Shown: positions 37,423-48,173 of the stretch, one piece after another
How the letters are laid out: every line of letters starts with the position of its first letter
Position numbering within the stretch: the first letter of the stretch is position 1
Assembly (NCBI GenBank): GCA_019119875.1
Contig: DWWG01000012.1
Location: 25,214-89,213, forward strand
DNA: 64,000 bases
Direction: 5' to 3'
Source of the DNA: Candidatus Dietzia intestinigallinarum
Lineage (GTDB): Bacteria > Actinomycetota > Actinomycetes > Mycobacteriales > Mycobacteriaceae
Position numbers and translations under genes: made by a program
The notes under the pieces: generated by a model
The model's input: the letters and a program-made list of their open reading frames with translations, nothing else
The model's database searches: none
What the model was told of the DNA's origin: nothing

Positions 37423-39294
37423 ATGGCGACGAAGGGGGCGTCGGTGCGCCGCCGGGCCGGGGCGCTGCTGGTGGCGGCCGGAACCGTCCTCGTCGTCGTC
37501 ACGGGCTGCGTCGCCGACCCGCCACCCCCCACCGTGGTCGGCGGCGAGGACAACACCGCCGACGGGGCGGACGTCGACCTGGCCGCCGGTGGTCTGCTGC
37601 TCAGCCTCGACCGGGTCGACGAGGGCTTCAACCCGCACCTGCTCACTGACCAGGGCGTCGACACCGACCTGGTGGCCTCGCTCCTCCTGCCCAGCGCGTT
37701 CGTCCCCGGTCCGGCAGGTGAGCCGGTGCTCAACCACGACCTTTTGGTCTCCGCTGCGCCCCTGCCCGACGCGCCGGCGACCATCCGGTACACGATCGAC
37801 CCCCAGGCACAGTGGTCGGACGGTGTGCCGGTGGCCGCCGAGGACTTCGAATACCTGTGGCGCCAGATGACCACCCAGCCCGGGGTCGTCGACCCGGCGG
37901 GCTACGAGCAGATCGTCGCGGTGCGCTCCGGGGCGGGCGGCAAGGTCGTCGACGTGGTCTTCGACACCGAGCCGACACACTGGCGCACGCTCTTTTCCAA
38001 CCTGCTGCCCGCCCACATCCTCAAGGACGCCCCCGACGGATTCGAGGGCGCGATGTCCGGACTGCCGGTCATGAGCGCGGGCCCGTACATGATCCGGGCC
38101 GCCGACCTGGGGCGCGGGGAGATCGAGTTCGTCCCCAACGACCGCTACTGGGCCAGCGCCCCCGAGATCGGCCAGATCGTGGCCCGGCGCGCGACGGGAC
38201 CCGGACAGCTGGGGGCGGCCCTGCGCGACGGACCAGGTGTGGTGGCCCTCGTCGCGGACACCCCGGTCGCCGCCGACGTGTCGAACTCGGTCCCCGGCAT
38301 CAGCGCCACCACCGTCGAGGCGACCATCCAGCTGGAGCTCGGCTTCAACACCGTCGCCCCGGCGGTGTCGGACCCCCGGGTCCGGCGGGCCCTGGCCGCC
38401 GCGATGAAGCCACAGGCCGTGGGCCGGATCGTGACCGGTGAGGCCACCCCCGGCGTCACCTCCTACCCGTTCCCGGCGGAGGTCGGCACCACCCCGACCG
38501 ACGATGCCGAGCTCACCCGCTCCGAGCTCACCGCCGCCGGCTACACCCGCGTGCAGGGCGAGTGGCGGCTCGGGGACGAACCGCTGGCCGTCACCCTCGG
38601 CGTGGAGGCCGCCGATGAGCGGGCGCGGACCGCCGCATACACCGTGGCGGACCAGCTCCGCGGCGCCGGGATCGGAGCACACGTGTGGGAGATGGACCCC
38701 ACAGCGCTCTACGCGGACGCCCTACCGCACGGGCTGGTGGACGCGGTCGTGGGCTGGCAGGCCGTGCAGGGGCAGCCCGAATTATCCGCCGTGTCGCGGT
38801 TCGCCTGCGCCGTGGATCCGACGGGCCCCGCGTCCACGACCTCCGAGCCCATCCGTCCGCGGACAACGGTCACCAGTCTGACCCCACCCGAGCCGAGCAG
38901 GCCCGTTTCGACCCCGTCGCCCACCGGGCGGACCACGGTCGACGAGCCGACCCCGTCAGCGGATGCCGACCCCACCACCGTGCCCACCACCCCGCCGCGC
39001 ACACTCGGCACCGCCGCACCGGCGCGGGCGGCCGACGTCGCGGGGATCTGCGACCCGCGGATCGACGCCGCTCTCGGACTCGGCGCGGACGCCGGACCCG
39101 TGGACCTCGAGATCGCCGGCGGTCTCGTCGTCGAGCAGGCCCTCCGCGTCCCACTCGTGCGGCCGACCCTCCTGCTCGCCGACGACGGGGTCGACCTGAC
39201 AGGCGACTTCGCCGGGGACGACGCCGACGCGGCGTCCCCGCGTACCGTGACCGAGCTCTTCGACACCGCACCCACCTGGAGGAGGCCCGGATGA
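37423..39294 (+). CDS. lpqW: LpqW-like solute-binding-protein-family-5 lipoprotein
   Basis: Lipobox VTGC, FNPHL, WSDGVPV, Pro/Thr-rich insert; between typA and mshB. Confidence 0.85.
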   Translation: MATKGASVRRRAGALLVAAGTVLVVVTGCVADPPPPTVVGGEDNTADGADVDLAAGGLLLSLDRVDEGFNPHLLTDQGVDTDLVASLLLPSAFVPGPAGEPVLNHDLLVSAAPLPDAPATIRYTIDPQAQWSDGVPVAAEDFEYLWRQMTTQPGVVDPAGYEQIVAVRSGAGGKVVDVVFDTEPTHWRTLFSNLLPAHILKDAPDGFEGAMSGLPVMSAGPYMIRAADLGRGEIEFVPNDRYWASAPEIGQIVARRATGPGQLGAALRDGPGVVALVADTPVAADVSNSVPGISATTVEATIQLELGFNTVAPAVSDPRVRRALAAAMKPQAVGRIVTGEATPGVTSYPFPAEVGTTPTDDAELTRSELTAAGYTRVQGEWRLGDEPLAVTLGVEAADERARTAAYTVADQLRGAGIGAHVWEMDPTALYADALPHGLVDAVVGWQAVQGQPELSAVSRFACAVDPTGPASTTSEPIRPRTTVTSLTPPEPSRPVSTPSPTGRTTVDEPTPSADADPTTVPTTPPRTLGTAAPARAADVAGICDPRIDAALGLGADAGPVDLEIAGGLVVEQALRVPLVRPTLLLADDGVDLTGDFAGDDADAASPRTVTELFDTAPTWRRPG

Positions 39295-40184
39295 CCCCGA
39301 CACCCGTCACCCCACCCGCGCACGGCATGCGAGCCCTGTTCGTCCACGCCCACCCCGACGACGAGGCGATCACCACCGGAGGGACGATCGCCGCCCTGGT
39401 CGCGGCCGGCGCGGACGTGCGGGTGGTCACGTGCACTCTCGGGGAGGAGGGGGAGGTCCTCGGAGAGCAGTTCGCAGGACTCGTCGTCGGCCAGGCGGAC
39501 CAGCTCGGCGGGTACCGGATCTCGGAGCTCGCCACGGCGCTGCGCGCGCTCGGTGTGGGCCGTCCCCGCTTCCTCGGCGGCGCGGGACGCTGGCGCGACT
39601 CGGGCATGGCGGGCACGCCGTCCGCCGGGCACCCGCGAGCATTCGTGCACTCCGGAAGCGAGGCGGTGGACGAGTTGACCACCGTGCTGGAGGAGTTCCG
39701 CCCCCACCTCGTCGTCACGTACGACCCGGGCGGCGGCTACGGGCACCCCGACCACATCCGGGCCCACCAGATCGTCCACGCGGCGGTCGAGGAGGGGACG
39801 CACAGACCCGACAGGCTGGCGTGGACGGTCACGGCGCGATCCGAGCTCTCCCGCACCCACCCGGCACCGCCGTCGCACCTGCGCCACGCCGAAGCGGATG
39901 AGCTGCCCTCGGTCCCGGACAGCAGGCTCACCCACCGGGTGCCGCTGGACGACGCCGACTACGCGGCCAAGCTGGAGGCGCTCACCGGGCACGCCACCCA
40001 GCTCGAGCTCGTCCGGGGGGCGGAGGGCGAGCCCTGGTTCCTGGCCCTGACCAACGGCGTGCTGCAGCCGGTCGCGCAGGTCGAGTGGTTCATCTGTCAC
40101 GACCTCGACGAGCAGGACGGGAGCTACGTGCGCTGCGGTCCGGGCACCGCGCACCTTCTCGCCGGGCTGGGAGATCACCCGTGA
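39291..40184 (+). CDS. mshB: GlcNAc-Ins deacetylase (mycothiol biosynthesis)
   Basis: FVHAHPDDE, TCTLGEEGE, WRDSGM, GGYGHPDHIRAH. Confidence 0.95.
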   Translation: MTPTPVTPPAHGMRALFVHAHPDDEAITTGGTIAALVAAGADVRVVTCTLGEEGEVLGEQFAGLVVGQADQLGGYRISELATALRALGVGRPRFLGGAGRWRDSGMAGTPSAGHPRAFVHSGSEAVDELTTVLEEFRPHLVVTYDPGGGYGHPDHIRAHQIVHAAVEEGTHRPDRLAWTVTARSELSRTHPAPPSHLRHAEADELPSVPDSRLTHRVPLDDADYAAKLEALTGHATQLELVRGAEGEPWFLALTNGVLQPVAQVEWFICHDLDEQDGSYVRCGPGTAHLLAGLGDHP

Positions 40185-40612
40185 GCGCGGCAGCGGTGAA
40201 CAGCCCAACCGACACGGGTGGCGGTTCCGGCGCGACCTCGGCGTCCACGGTGGAACTGACCGTCGCCCTCCTCCTGCTGGCGGTGGGTGCCGCCACCGGC
40301 TGTGTCCTGGCCGCGGCCTGGCTGACGATGTGGGTGGGGCCGGTCCCGTTCCCGATCACGGTCCTGGTGGCCGGCGCGTGGTCGCTGCTGTTGGTCCGTG
40401 TCGCCGTGATGTGGTCGGACCGGAGGATGGTGGCGGCTTTCCCGCCGCTGGTGTTCATCCTCACGCTGATCGCGCTCGATCTCGGCCCCGGCGGCGACAT
40501 GCCGGTGCCGATCGGCCTCCGTGGCCTCGCGTTGCTGGTGTTCGGCGGCCTCATCCCGCTGTGGGTGGCCGCCTACGGTCGCTCATTGACGCCGGACGCC
40601 CATCGAGGGTGA
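40181..40612 (+). CDS. small membrane protein (Rv1171-like)
   Basis: GTGA overlap with mshB; 4 TM; GPGGD motif; synteny. Confidence 0.75.
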   Translation: MSAAAVNSPTDTGGGSGATSASTVELTVALLLLAVGAATGCVLAAAWLTMWVGPVPFPITVLVAGAWSLLLVRVAVMWSDRRMVAAFPPLVFILTLIALDLGPGGDMPVPIGLRGLALLVFGGLIPLWVAAYGRSLTPDAHRG

Positions 40613-42304
40613 GACCCGACCGACCGTGTCGGCATCACCCTCGAACTGCCACACGTCCGTGATCCCCGGGGTCAGCGCCTCGGCCAGTGCCCAGGCCTCG
40701 TCCGCGTCCATGTCCATCACCGAGTAACCGCCGGCGCCGGCCGGGGTCGCGGCGGTGACGGTGGCGACCCCGGCCGAGCGCTGGAACACCGACTGGCTGA
40801 CGGTCCAGGCGATGATCCCGTCGGCCTCCAGGACGGTGCGCTTGTTGCTCCACGACCCGTGCGAGGTGACCAGCATCCCCGGGAGCAGCGCGTGCCCGAG
40901 CATGCGGATCCGGTCGATCGACAGCAGGAGGAACACCACCAGCGCGGCGGGGATGCCCCAGTGGACCCACACGTCCGCCGAGGGGCCGGAGTCGATACGC
41001 ACCAGGACGATGAGCCCCGCCACGATCCAGAACGGAAGGAGCCCACGGGTGATCCGACGGCGGGCCGCCTTCCACGGGTGTCGGCGCAGCGGCACCGTCA
41101 CCGGGGTCTCGTCACCGAGGATCCGCACCGCCACCCGGCGGACGTCGCGGGTCGGGGCCTGCGGCAGGAGCGTCGACGCGGTGGCGCCCTTCTTGGTGCC
41201 GGTCATGACGGGCTCGAGCCGACCACCGCCGACCATCCGGAGATAGACGGGGGCCCAGATCTCCACGCCACGCAGCCTGGCCTTGTCGAGGGCCTGGTGC
41301 TTGCGGCGCAGGATGCCGTTCTGCACGTACAGCACCGACCCGCGCTCGGTCAGCGCGTACTTGCCGTAGCGGATGGCGTAGGTGATGGTCCCCAGCACGC
41401 CGGCGACCAGCCAGATGCCGATGCCCTTGCCCACGGTCGCGAAGGGCTCGCCGAGGGAGTCCAACCAGGCGATGGTGCCCTCGACGAGCGCCAGATCCAT
41501 GATCCGCGAGTGCATGTCGCCCATCTGCCAGGTGATGAGCCACAGCGACAGCAGGACACCGAACCCGATGAAGGAGAACGGCGCGAACCGCGACCAGGTG
41601 ACACGCCAGCGCGCGATGTCCTCGCCGTACCTGGAGCCCCACTGCTCCTCGTCGGCGACGCTGAGCGAGGGGTCGATCGCCCGCCGGTGCTTGAGCAGCT
41701 CGTCACGCAGCGGCTCGACGAGTTTCGTGTCGATCGCGTTGAGCCGGAACCGCTCGGCACCGGACTTGCCGGAGTCGGCGCGGCCCGTGCCCACCTCCAC
41801 GATGGACACACGCATGACCCGGTGGAACAGATCCGACTCGGTGTCGACACTGCGGATCCGGTTGCGGGCGACCGTGACGACCTGGCGGCTGAAGAAGCCC
41901 TTTCTGAGGATGATGTGGGTCCGGCCGATCTGGTAGCTCGTCGACAGCCAGCGCAGCACCCCCACCAGCACCACCAGGGAGATGACGATGATCTCGAACC
42001 AGTAGTTGCTGCGGTTGGAGCCGAGCCACAGGGAGATGAGGAACAGCGGTGCCAGGCGTGTGAGCGACCCCAGCGGGTCGACCAGCAGCATGCGCCACGA
42101 CAGTCGCTCCCACGGGGCCTCCGGATCCGCCGCGGCCGCCACGGTCCCGGTGGCCCCGGCCGCCTCGGAGGCCTCGTCGGTGGGGGCGCTCGTGGGCGAC
42201 AGCGGGGTGCCGGCCTCGTCGTCGTCGACCCCGACGTCCGTCACCACGCCGGGAGTACTCGCGGGCGCGGACCCCGTGCCGGGCCCGCCCGCCCCGGTCG
42301 TCAC
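40583..42304 (-). CDS. YdbT-like membrane protein with bacterial PH domains
   Basis: GTGA overlap; repeated TM plus bPH_2-like segments (YQIG...KGFFSR...RIRSVD; QSVFQRSAGVATV). Confidence 0.82.
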   Translation of the reverse strand: MTTGAGGPGTGSAPASTPGVVTDVGVDDDEAGTPLSPTSAPTDEASEAAGATGTVAAAADPEAPWERLSWRMLLVDPLGSLTRLAPLFLISLWLGSNRSNYWFEIIVISLVVLVGVLRWLSTSYQIGRTHIILRKGFFSRQVVTVARNRIRSVDTESDLFHRVMRVSIVEVGTGRADSGKSGAERFRLNAIDTKLVEPLRDELLKHRRAIDPSLSVADEEQWGSRYGEDIARWRVTWSRFAPFSFIGFGVLLSLWLITWQMGDMHSRIMDLALVEGTIAWLDSLGEPFATVGKGIGIWLVAGVLGTITYAIRYGKYALTERGSVLYVQNGILRRKHQALDKARLRGVEIWAPVYLRMVGGGRLEPVMTGTKKGATASTLLPQAPTRDVRRVAVRILGDETPVTVPLRRHPWKAARRRITRGLLPFWIVAGLIVLVRIDSGPSADVWVHWGIPAALVVFLLLSIDRIRMLGHALLPGMLVTSHGSWSNKRTVLEADGIIAWTVSQSVFQRSAGVATVTAATPAGAGGYSVMDMDADEAWALAEALTPGITDVWQFEGDADTVGRVSPSMGVRRQ

Positions 42305-42945
42305 GTCCCGTCCTCCGCGTCCAGGTTGGCGATCGCGATGAGATGTTGCGCGAGCGCCTCCGCATCGGCCAGGTTGAGCCCCCGGATCTCCACCGTGCCC
42401 TGCGCGGAGGCGGTCGAGGCGTTGACGGTGGCCAGCCCGAACCACCGCTCGAACAGCGTCCTGGTGGTGTAGACCGTCTGCAGCCTGGCCAGGGGAGCGA
42501 TGCGGAACTGGGTGGTCCACCAGCCCTTACGTGAACACACGGCGGTGTCGGAGACGTCCCAGCGGGCCACGATGTAGCGCCACCACGGCGCCACGACGAT
42601 GGCCATGAACGCGAACGGGATGGTGGCCGCCAGCGCCACCCAGTTCCAGAACGCCATCACGTTGTCGCCCCAGAAGTACCAGGCCACCTGCAGTCCGGCG
42701 AGGATCGCCCACGACCAGATCCCCTCGATGATGAACAGGAACGGCGTGCGTTTCTCGATCCGGTGCCGGGGCGCGGTGATGAGGATCCGGTTGTTGGTCA
42801 GCAGCTCGTCGCCGGTGTCGGGGACCTCGGGGGCTGCGGTTCGCCGCGCCGGTTCGCGCAGGGCGTGCGCACCTGTCGGGGCGGAGGGCGGGCTGGAGAC
42901 CAGAGGGTCACCGTTGGTGCGGAGGACCGCGGCGGGATCGGACAT
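42301..42945 (-). CDS. YdbS-like membrane protein with one bacterial PH domain
   Basis: 2 TM, then RKGWW...APLARLQTV...LFERWFGLATV. Confidence 0.83.
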   Translation of the reverse strand: MSDPAAVLRTNGDPLVSSPPSAPTGAHALREPARRTAAPEVPDTGDELLTNNRILITAPRHRIEKRTPFLFIIEGIWSWAILAGLQVAWYFWGDNVMAFWNWVALAATIPFAFMAIVVAPWWRYIVARWDVSDTAVCSRKGWWTTQFRIAPLARLQTVYTTRTLFERWFGLATVNASTASAQGTVEIRGLNLADAEALAQHLIAIANLDAEDGT

Positions 42946-43007
42946 GAGGTCCACAGTAGTGGGGTGGCCCGCGCGCGCCGGGGCGATGGTGGGGCATCAT
43001 CGCGGAT

Positions 43008-45608
43008 ATGGTTTCCGCCCCGACACCCGCTGATCCCGAGCCCACGTCGTCGGCCATGAGGCGCGCGCTGCGCCGGGCCGCCGACGGACTGACGCTGGAC
43101 GCCACGGAGGCGGCCGTTCTGCTCGCCGCCCGCGGCGACGATCTGGACCGGCTCACCCGACTGGCCGCCGCACGCCGCGATTCGCGCCTGGTCGACGAGG
43201 GGCGGTCCGGGGTTGTCACGTATTCGCGCAAGGTGTTCGTCCCGCTGACCCGCCTGTGTCGGGATCGGTGCCACTACTGCACGTTCGTCACCGTGCCGGG
43301 CAAGTTGCGTGCTGCGGGTGAGGGGATGTACCTCGAGCCGGACGAGGTGGTGGAGCTGTGCCGCCGGGGCGCCGAGGCCGGCTGCAAGGAGGCGCTGTTC
43401 ACCCTGGGGGACCGGCCTGAGGAGCGGTGGCCGGAGGCGCGCGAGTGGTTGGACGCGCGCGGCTACTCCACGACCCTCGACTACGTCCGGGCCGTGGCGA
43501 TCCGCGTCCTGGAGGAGACCGGCCTGCTCCCGCACCTCAACCCCGGCGTCATGAGCTGGGCGGAGCTGTCCAGGCTGAAGCCGGTCGCCCCGTCGATGGG
43601 CATGATGCTCGAGACCACCGCGACCCGCCTGTTCACCACCCCCGGCGAGGCCCACTACGGAAGCCCCGACAAGGACCCCGAGGTGCGGCTGCGCACCCTC
43701 ACCGACGCCGGACGGCTGGCCGTGCCGTTCACCACGGGGATCCTGGTGGGGATCGGCGAGAACCGGACCGAGCGCGCCGAGAGCCTGCTGGCGCTCGCCG
43801 CGCTCGACCGGGAGTTCGGGCACCTACAGGAGGTGATCGTCCAGAACTTCCGCGCCAAGCCGGACACCGCGATGCGCTCGGTGGACGACGCCGACCGGGA
43901 TGAGTTCCTCGCCGCCATCGCGGTGGCCCGCCTGGTCCTGGGGCCTCGCGTGGCGGTGCAGGCGCCGCCGAACCTGGTCGACAGGGCGGACGTGCTGTCG
44001 CTGGTCGGCGCCGGTGTCGACGACCTGGGCGGCATCTCGCCGCTGACCCCGGACCACGTCAACCCCGAGCGTCCCTGGCCGCACCTGGACGAGCTCGCCG
44101 CGGACCTCGCCGAGAGCGGGTGGACCCTGCGTGAGCGACTGACCGTACATCCGCGCCACGTCGCCGGGGGAGACGCGTGGATAGACCCGCGGGTGGCGGG
44201 CCATGTGCGGGCCCTGGCCGATCCCGCCAGCGGCCTGGCGGCAGTGGGGACGGCCGACCACAACGACGACAACGACAACGACATCGTCCGGCCCACCGGA
44301 TTGCCGTGGCAGGAACCCGACGACGACTGGGACTCGTCCGGACGGACCGATCTGCACACCGCGATCGACTCCGAGGGGCGCAACACGGACACCCGTTCGG
44401 ACATCGGCGAGGCGTTCGGCAACTGGGACGTCATCCGGGCCCGGGCCGCAGAGGTCGGGGCGGCCGCGCTGACGCCGGAACGCGCGGACTCGGAGGTGCT
44501 CGCGGCGCTGCGGGCGGCGGAGGCCGACCCGGCCGGATTGACCGATGACCAGTATCTGGCGCTGGCCACGGCCGGCGGTGACGGCCTGGCGGCGGTGGCC
44601 GGGCTGGCCGACCGGATCCGGGCCGACGTGGTGGGCGAGACGGTGACCTACGTGGTCAACCGGAACATCAACTTCACCAACATCTGCTACACCGGCTGCC
44701 GCTTCTGTGCGTTCGCGCAGCGCAAGGGCGATGCGGATGCCTTCTCGCTGTCCGCGGCCCAGGTGGCGGACCGGGCGTTCGAGGCCTACGTCTCCGGCGC
44801 CTCCGAGGTGTGCATGCAGGGCGGTATCGACCCGGACCTGCCGGTGTCGGGCTACGCCGACCTCGTCCGGGCGGTCAAGGAGCGCGTGCCGTCGATGCAC
44901 GTGCACGCGTTCAGTCCGATGGAGATCTCCAACGGTGCCTCGCGTTCCGGGTCCGGGGTCCGTGAGTGGCTGACGGAGCTGCGGGCCGCCGGCCTCGACT
45001 CCATCCCCGGCACCGCCGCGGAGATCCTCGACGACGAGGTCCGCTGGGTCCTCACCAAGGGCAAGCTCCCGGCCGCGGAGTGGATCGACATCGTCACCAC
45101 CGCCCACGAGGTGGGACTGCGGTCGAGCGCGACCATGATGTACGGGCACGTCGATACGCCGGCCCACTGGGTGGCGCATCTGCGGACCCTGCGCGCGATC
45201 CAGGAGAGCACCGGTGGTTTCACCGAGTTCGTGCCGCTGCCGTTCGTGCACCGCAGTGCGCCGCTCTATCTGGCCGGCGCCTCCAGGCCCGGCCCGACCC
45301 GTGAGGAGAACGTCGCCGTCCACGCGTTGGCGCGGATCATGCTGCACGGTGCGATCGACCACGTGCAGACCAGCTGGGTCAAGCTCGGCGTGGCGGGCAC
45401 ACGCACGATGCTGCGGTCCGGCGCCGACGATCTCGGCGGTACGCTGATGGAGGAGACCATCTCGCGGATGGCGGGGGCGGACAACGGCTCGGCCAAGACC
45501 CCGGAGGAGATCGAGCAGATCGCCACGGGGATCGGTCGGCCGGTGAGTCGTCGCAGCACGCTGTACGGGCCGGCCCCGCAACCCGTCGGCGTGACCGTCG
45601 TCACTTAG
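43008..45608 (+). CDS. fbiC: bifunctional FO synthase (CofG-CofH fusion), F420 biosynthesis
   Basis: Two radical-SAM motifs CRDRCHYC and CYTGCRFC; [20 protein letters not shown]. Confidence 0.96.
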   Translation: MVSAPTPADPEPTSSAMRRALRRAADGLTLDATEAAVLLAARGDDLDRLTRLAAARRDSRLVDEGRSGVVTYSRKVFVPLTRLCRDRCHYCTFVTVPGKLRAAGEGMYLEPDEVVELCRRGAEAGCKEALFTLGDRPEERWPEAREWLDARGYSTTLDYVRAVAIRVLEETGLLPHLNPGVMSWAELSRLKPVAPSMGMMLETTATRLFTTPGEAHYGSPDKDPEVRLRTLTDAGRLAVPFTTGILVGIGENRTERAESLLALAALDREFGHLQEVIVQNFRAKPDTAMRSVDDADRDEFLAAIAVARLVLGPRVAVQAPPNLVDRADVLSLVGAGVDDLGGISPLTPDHVNPERPWPHLDELAADLAESGWTLRERLTVHPRHVAGGDAWIDPRVAGHVRALADPASGLAAVGTADHNDDNDNDIVRPTGLPWQEPDDDWDSSGRTDLHTAIDSEGRNTDTRSDIGEAFGNWDVIRARAAEVGAAALTPERADSEVLAALRAAEADPAGLTDDQYLALATAGGDGLAAVAGLADRIRADVVGETVTYVVNRNINFTNICYTGCRFCAFAQRKGDADAFSLSAAQVADRAFEAYVSGASEVCMQGGIDPDLPVSGYADLVRAVKERVPSMHVHAFSPMEISNGASRSGSGVREWLTELRAAGLDSIPGTAAEILDDEVRWVLTKGKLPAAEWIDIVTTAHEVGLRSSATMMYGHVDTPAHWVAHLRTLRAIQESTGGFTEFVPLPFVHRSAPLYLAGASRPGPTREENVAVHALARIMLHGAIDHVQTSWVKLGVAGTRTMLRSGADDLGGTLMEETISRMAGADNGSAKTPEEIEQIATGIGRPVSRRSTLYGPAPQPVGVTVVT

Positions 45609-45694
45609 CGCCTTCCCAGGTGGGTCGGCTTCGCGTGGCCAACCCGAAGTGGCCTACGATACAAGACGATATCGCTACGAGGAAGGTGGCTGAC

Positions 45695-46018
45695 GTGACT
45701 TACACGATCGCAGAGCCGTGCGTCGACGTGATGGACAAGTCCTGCGTCGAGGAGTGCCCGGTCGACTGCATCTACGAGGGTGGCCGGATGCTGTACATCC
45801 ACCCCGACGAGTGTGTCGACTGTGGAGCCTGTGAGCCGGTCTGTCCCGTCGAGGCCATCTTCTACGAGGATGACGTCCCGGACGAGTGGACCGAGTACAA
45901 CGCGGCCAACGCTGACTTCTTCGTGGAGCTGGGGTCGCCCGGCGGGGCCGCCAAGGTGGGCAAGGTCGATTATGACGCGCCGTTGGTCAAGGCGCTGCCT
46001 CCCATGAACGAGGAGTGA
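45695..46018 (+). CDS. fdxA: 7Fe ferredoxin
   Basis: MTYTIAEPCVDVMDKSCVEECPVDCIYEG...CVDCGACEPVCP. Confidence 0.95.
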   Translation: MTYTIAEPCVDVMDKSCVEECPVDCIYEGGRMLYIHPDECVDCGACEPVCPVEAIFYEDDVPDEWTEYNAANADFFVELGSPGGAAKVGKVDYDAPLVKALPPMNEE

Positions 46019-47136
46019 TACCGGTGCTCTCACGCCCGGAGCGCACCCCGCCCGGGCATGTACTACCGGTGTTCCCCTGGGACACCCTCACCGAGACGCG
46101 GGCGCGGGCCTGCGCACACCCCGACGGGCTGGTCGATCTCACGGTCGGCACGCCCGTCGACCCCGTGGCACCGGTCATCCGTGAGGCCCTCGCCGCGGAC
46201 TCGGCGCAGCCCGGCTACCCCGCCACCGCGGGCACCCCGCCGCTGCGCCGCGCGATCGTCGACGCACTGGCCAGACGTTACGGGGTCACCGGTCTGACGC
46301 CGGACGCCGTCCTGCCGGCGATCGGCACCAAGGAGCTCATCGCCGGGCTGCCCGCCCAGCTCGGGCTGGGGCCGGGCCACACGGTCGTGGTCCCCGAGGT
46401 GGCGTACCCGACCTACGAGGTGGGCGCGCTGCTGGCGGGCTGCACGGTGATCCGCGCGGACTCCCTCATGCAACTCGGCCCCTCGTCGCCGACCCTGCTC
46501 TACCTGAACTCGCCGTCCAATCCGACCGGCAAGATCCTCGGGACCCCGCACCTGCGGAAGGTCGTGGGCTGGGCTCGCGAACGCGGTGTCATCGTGGCCG
46601 CGGACGAGTGCTATCTCGGGCTGGCCTGGGAGGGCGAGGCGCCGTCGATCCTGGATCCCCGGGTCTCGGAGGGGGATCACACCGGTCTCCTGGCCCTGCA
46701 TTCGCTGTCCAAGACATCGAATCTCGCCTCGTACCGGGCCGGGTTCGTGGCCGGTGACCCGGCGCTCGTGGCCGAACTGCTCGAGGTGCGCAAGCACTCC
46801 GGGCTGATGATGCCGCTGCCCGTGCAGTCGGCCATGACCGCGGCCCTGACCGACGATGCCCACGAGGTCGAGCAGCGGGAGCGGTACCGGGTGCGACGCG
46901 AACAGCTGCGGCCGGCGGTCGCCGCCGCCGGTTTCCGGATCGACAACTCGGAAGCCGGCCTGTACCTGTGGGCCACCCGCGGCGAGCCCTGCCGGGACAC
47001 CGCGGAGTGGTTCGCCGAGCGCGGCGTGCTCGTGGCGCCCGGGGAGTTCTACGGGCCGGCAGGGGCACGGCATGTGCGGATCGCGCTCACGGCGAGCGAC
47101 GCCACCATCGAGGAGGCGGTCCGCCGGCTGTCCTGA
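46015..47136 (+). CDS. dapC: succinyldiaminopimelate transaminase
   Basis: DLTVGTPVDP, NSPSNPTG, DECY, SLSK PLP-lysine; follows fdx. Confidence 0.92.
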   Translation: MIPVLSRPERTPPGHVLPVFPWDTLTETRARACAHPDGLVDLTVGTPVDPVAPVIREALAADSAQPGYPATAGTPPLRRAIVDALARRYGVTGLTPDAVLPAIGTKELIAGLPAQLGLGPGHTVVVPEVAYPTYEVGALLAGCTVIRADSLMQLGPSSPTLLYLNSPSNPTGKILGTPHLRKVVGWARERGVIVAADECYLGLAWEGEAPSILDPRVSEGDHTGLLALHSLSKTSNLASYRAGFVAGDPALVAELLEVRKHSGLMMPLPVQSAMTAALTDDAHEVEQRERYRVRREQLRPAVAAAGFRIDNSEAGLYLWATRGEPCRDTAEWFAERGVLVAPGEFYGPAGARHVRIALTASDATIEEAVRRLS

Positions 47137-47144
47137 TGGCCGCC

Positions 47145-48113
47145 TCAGCCGTTGGCGTGCAGGTCCGGGTTGAGCGCGACGCCCTCGCGCTTCCACGGCA
47201 CCGCCTCGACCGCACCGGTGATCGAGTTGCGACGGAAGAGCAGATTGTCCCGACCGGACAGCTGACCGGCCTTGACCGGCTCGTTGTCCGCCCAGGCTCC
47301 GGCACGGATCTCGATCTTCGTCCCGGCGGTGACGTACAGTCCCGCCTCCACCACGCAGTCGTCTCCCAGCGAGATGCCGACACCGGAGTTTGCGCCGAGA
47401 AGGCAACGCTCGCCGATCGCGATGGCCTCCGTGCCGCCACCTGACAGGGTTCCCATGATCGAGGCACCGCCGCCGACGTCCGAGTTCGCGCCCACGACGA
47501 CGCCGGCGGAGATACGCCCCTCGACCATCGAGGCGCCGAGCGTGCCGGCGTTGAAGTTGACGAACCCCTCGTGCATGACGGTCGTGCCCTCGGCCAGATG
47601 CGCCCCGAGCCGGACACGGTCCGCATCGGCGATGCGGACGCCCGACGGCACCACGTAGTCCACCATCCGGGGGAACTTGTCGACCCCGTACACGGTGACC
47701 GGGCCCCGGGCGCGGAGCCTGGCCCGCACGAGCTCGAACCCCGGGACGGCGCACGGTCCGAAGTTGGTCCACACGACGTTGGTGAGGGTGCCGAAGAGCC
47801 CGTCCATATTGGCGAAATGCGGCTTGATCAGACGATGGCTGATCAGGTGCAGCCGCAGGTACGAGTCATACGCATCGGCAGGGGGTTCGGTGAGGTCGGC
47901 GATCTCGACCCGCACCGCCACACGTTCGACCCCACGGTCGGCATCGGGGCCGGTCAGCGGGAGCAGCTCCGCCGGGATCTCCTCACCGGAGAGGACGCGG
48001 TGGCCGCCGGATGAGGCGGCTCCGAGCGCGGGCTCGGGATACCACACGTCCAGGACGGCGTGCTCGGACGTCAGGGTGGCGATTCCGATGGCCGTTGCTC
48101 CTTGTGCACTCAT
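47145..48113 (-). CDS. dapD: tetrahydrodipicolinate N-succinyltransferase
   Basis: [39 protein letters not shown]. Confidence 0.96.
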   Translation of the reverse strand: MSAQGATAIGIATLTSEHAVLDVWYPEPALGAASSGGHRVLSGEEIPAELLPLTGPDADRGVERVAVRVEIADLTEPPADAYDSYLRLHLISHRLIKPHFANMDGLFGTLTNVVWTNFGPCAVPGFELVRARLRARGPVTVYGVDKFPRMVDYVVPSGVRIADADRVRLGAHLAEGTTVMHEGFVNFNAGTLGASMVEGRISAGVVVGANSDVGGGASIMGTLSGGGTEAIAIGERCLLGANSGVGISLGDDCVVEAGLYVTAGTKIEIRAGAWADNEPVKAGQLSGRDNLLFRRNSITGAVEAVPWKREGVALNPDLHANG

Positions 48114-48173
48114 GCCTCGATGCTAGTACTCGCCCCCGACACGCACCGAGCACCGGCATCTAAGGTGGAGGCC

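Noticed and set aside
38800-39020. Pro/Thr-rich low-complexity insert in lpqW as a novel repeat
   Set aside because: No nucleotide repeat unit; such linkers are common in actinobacterial lipoproteins.
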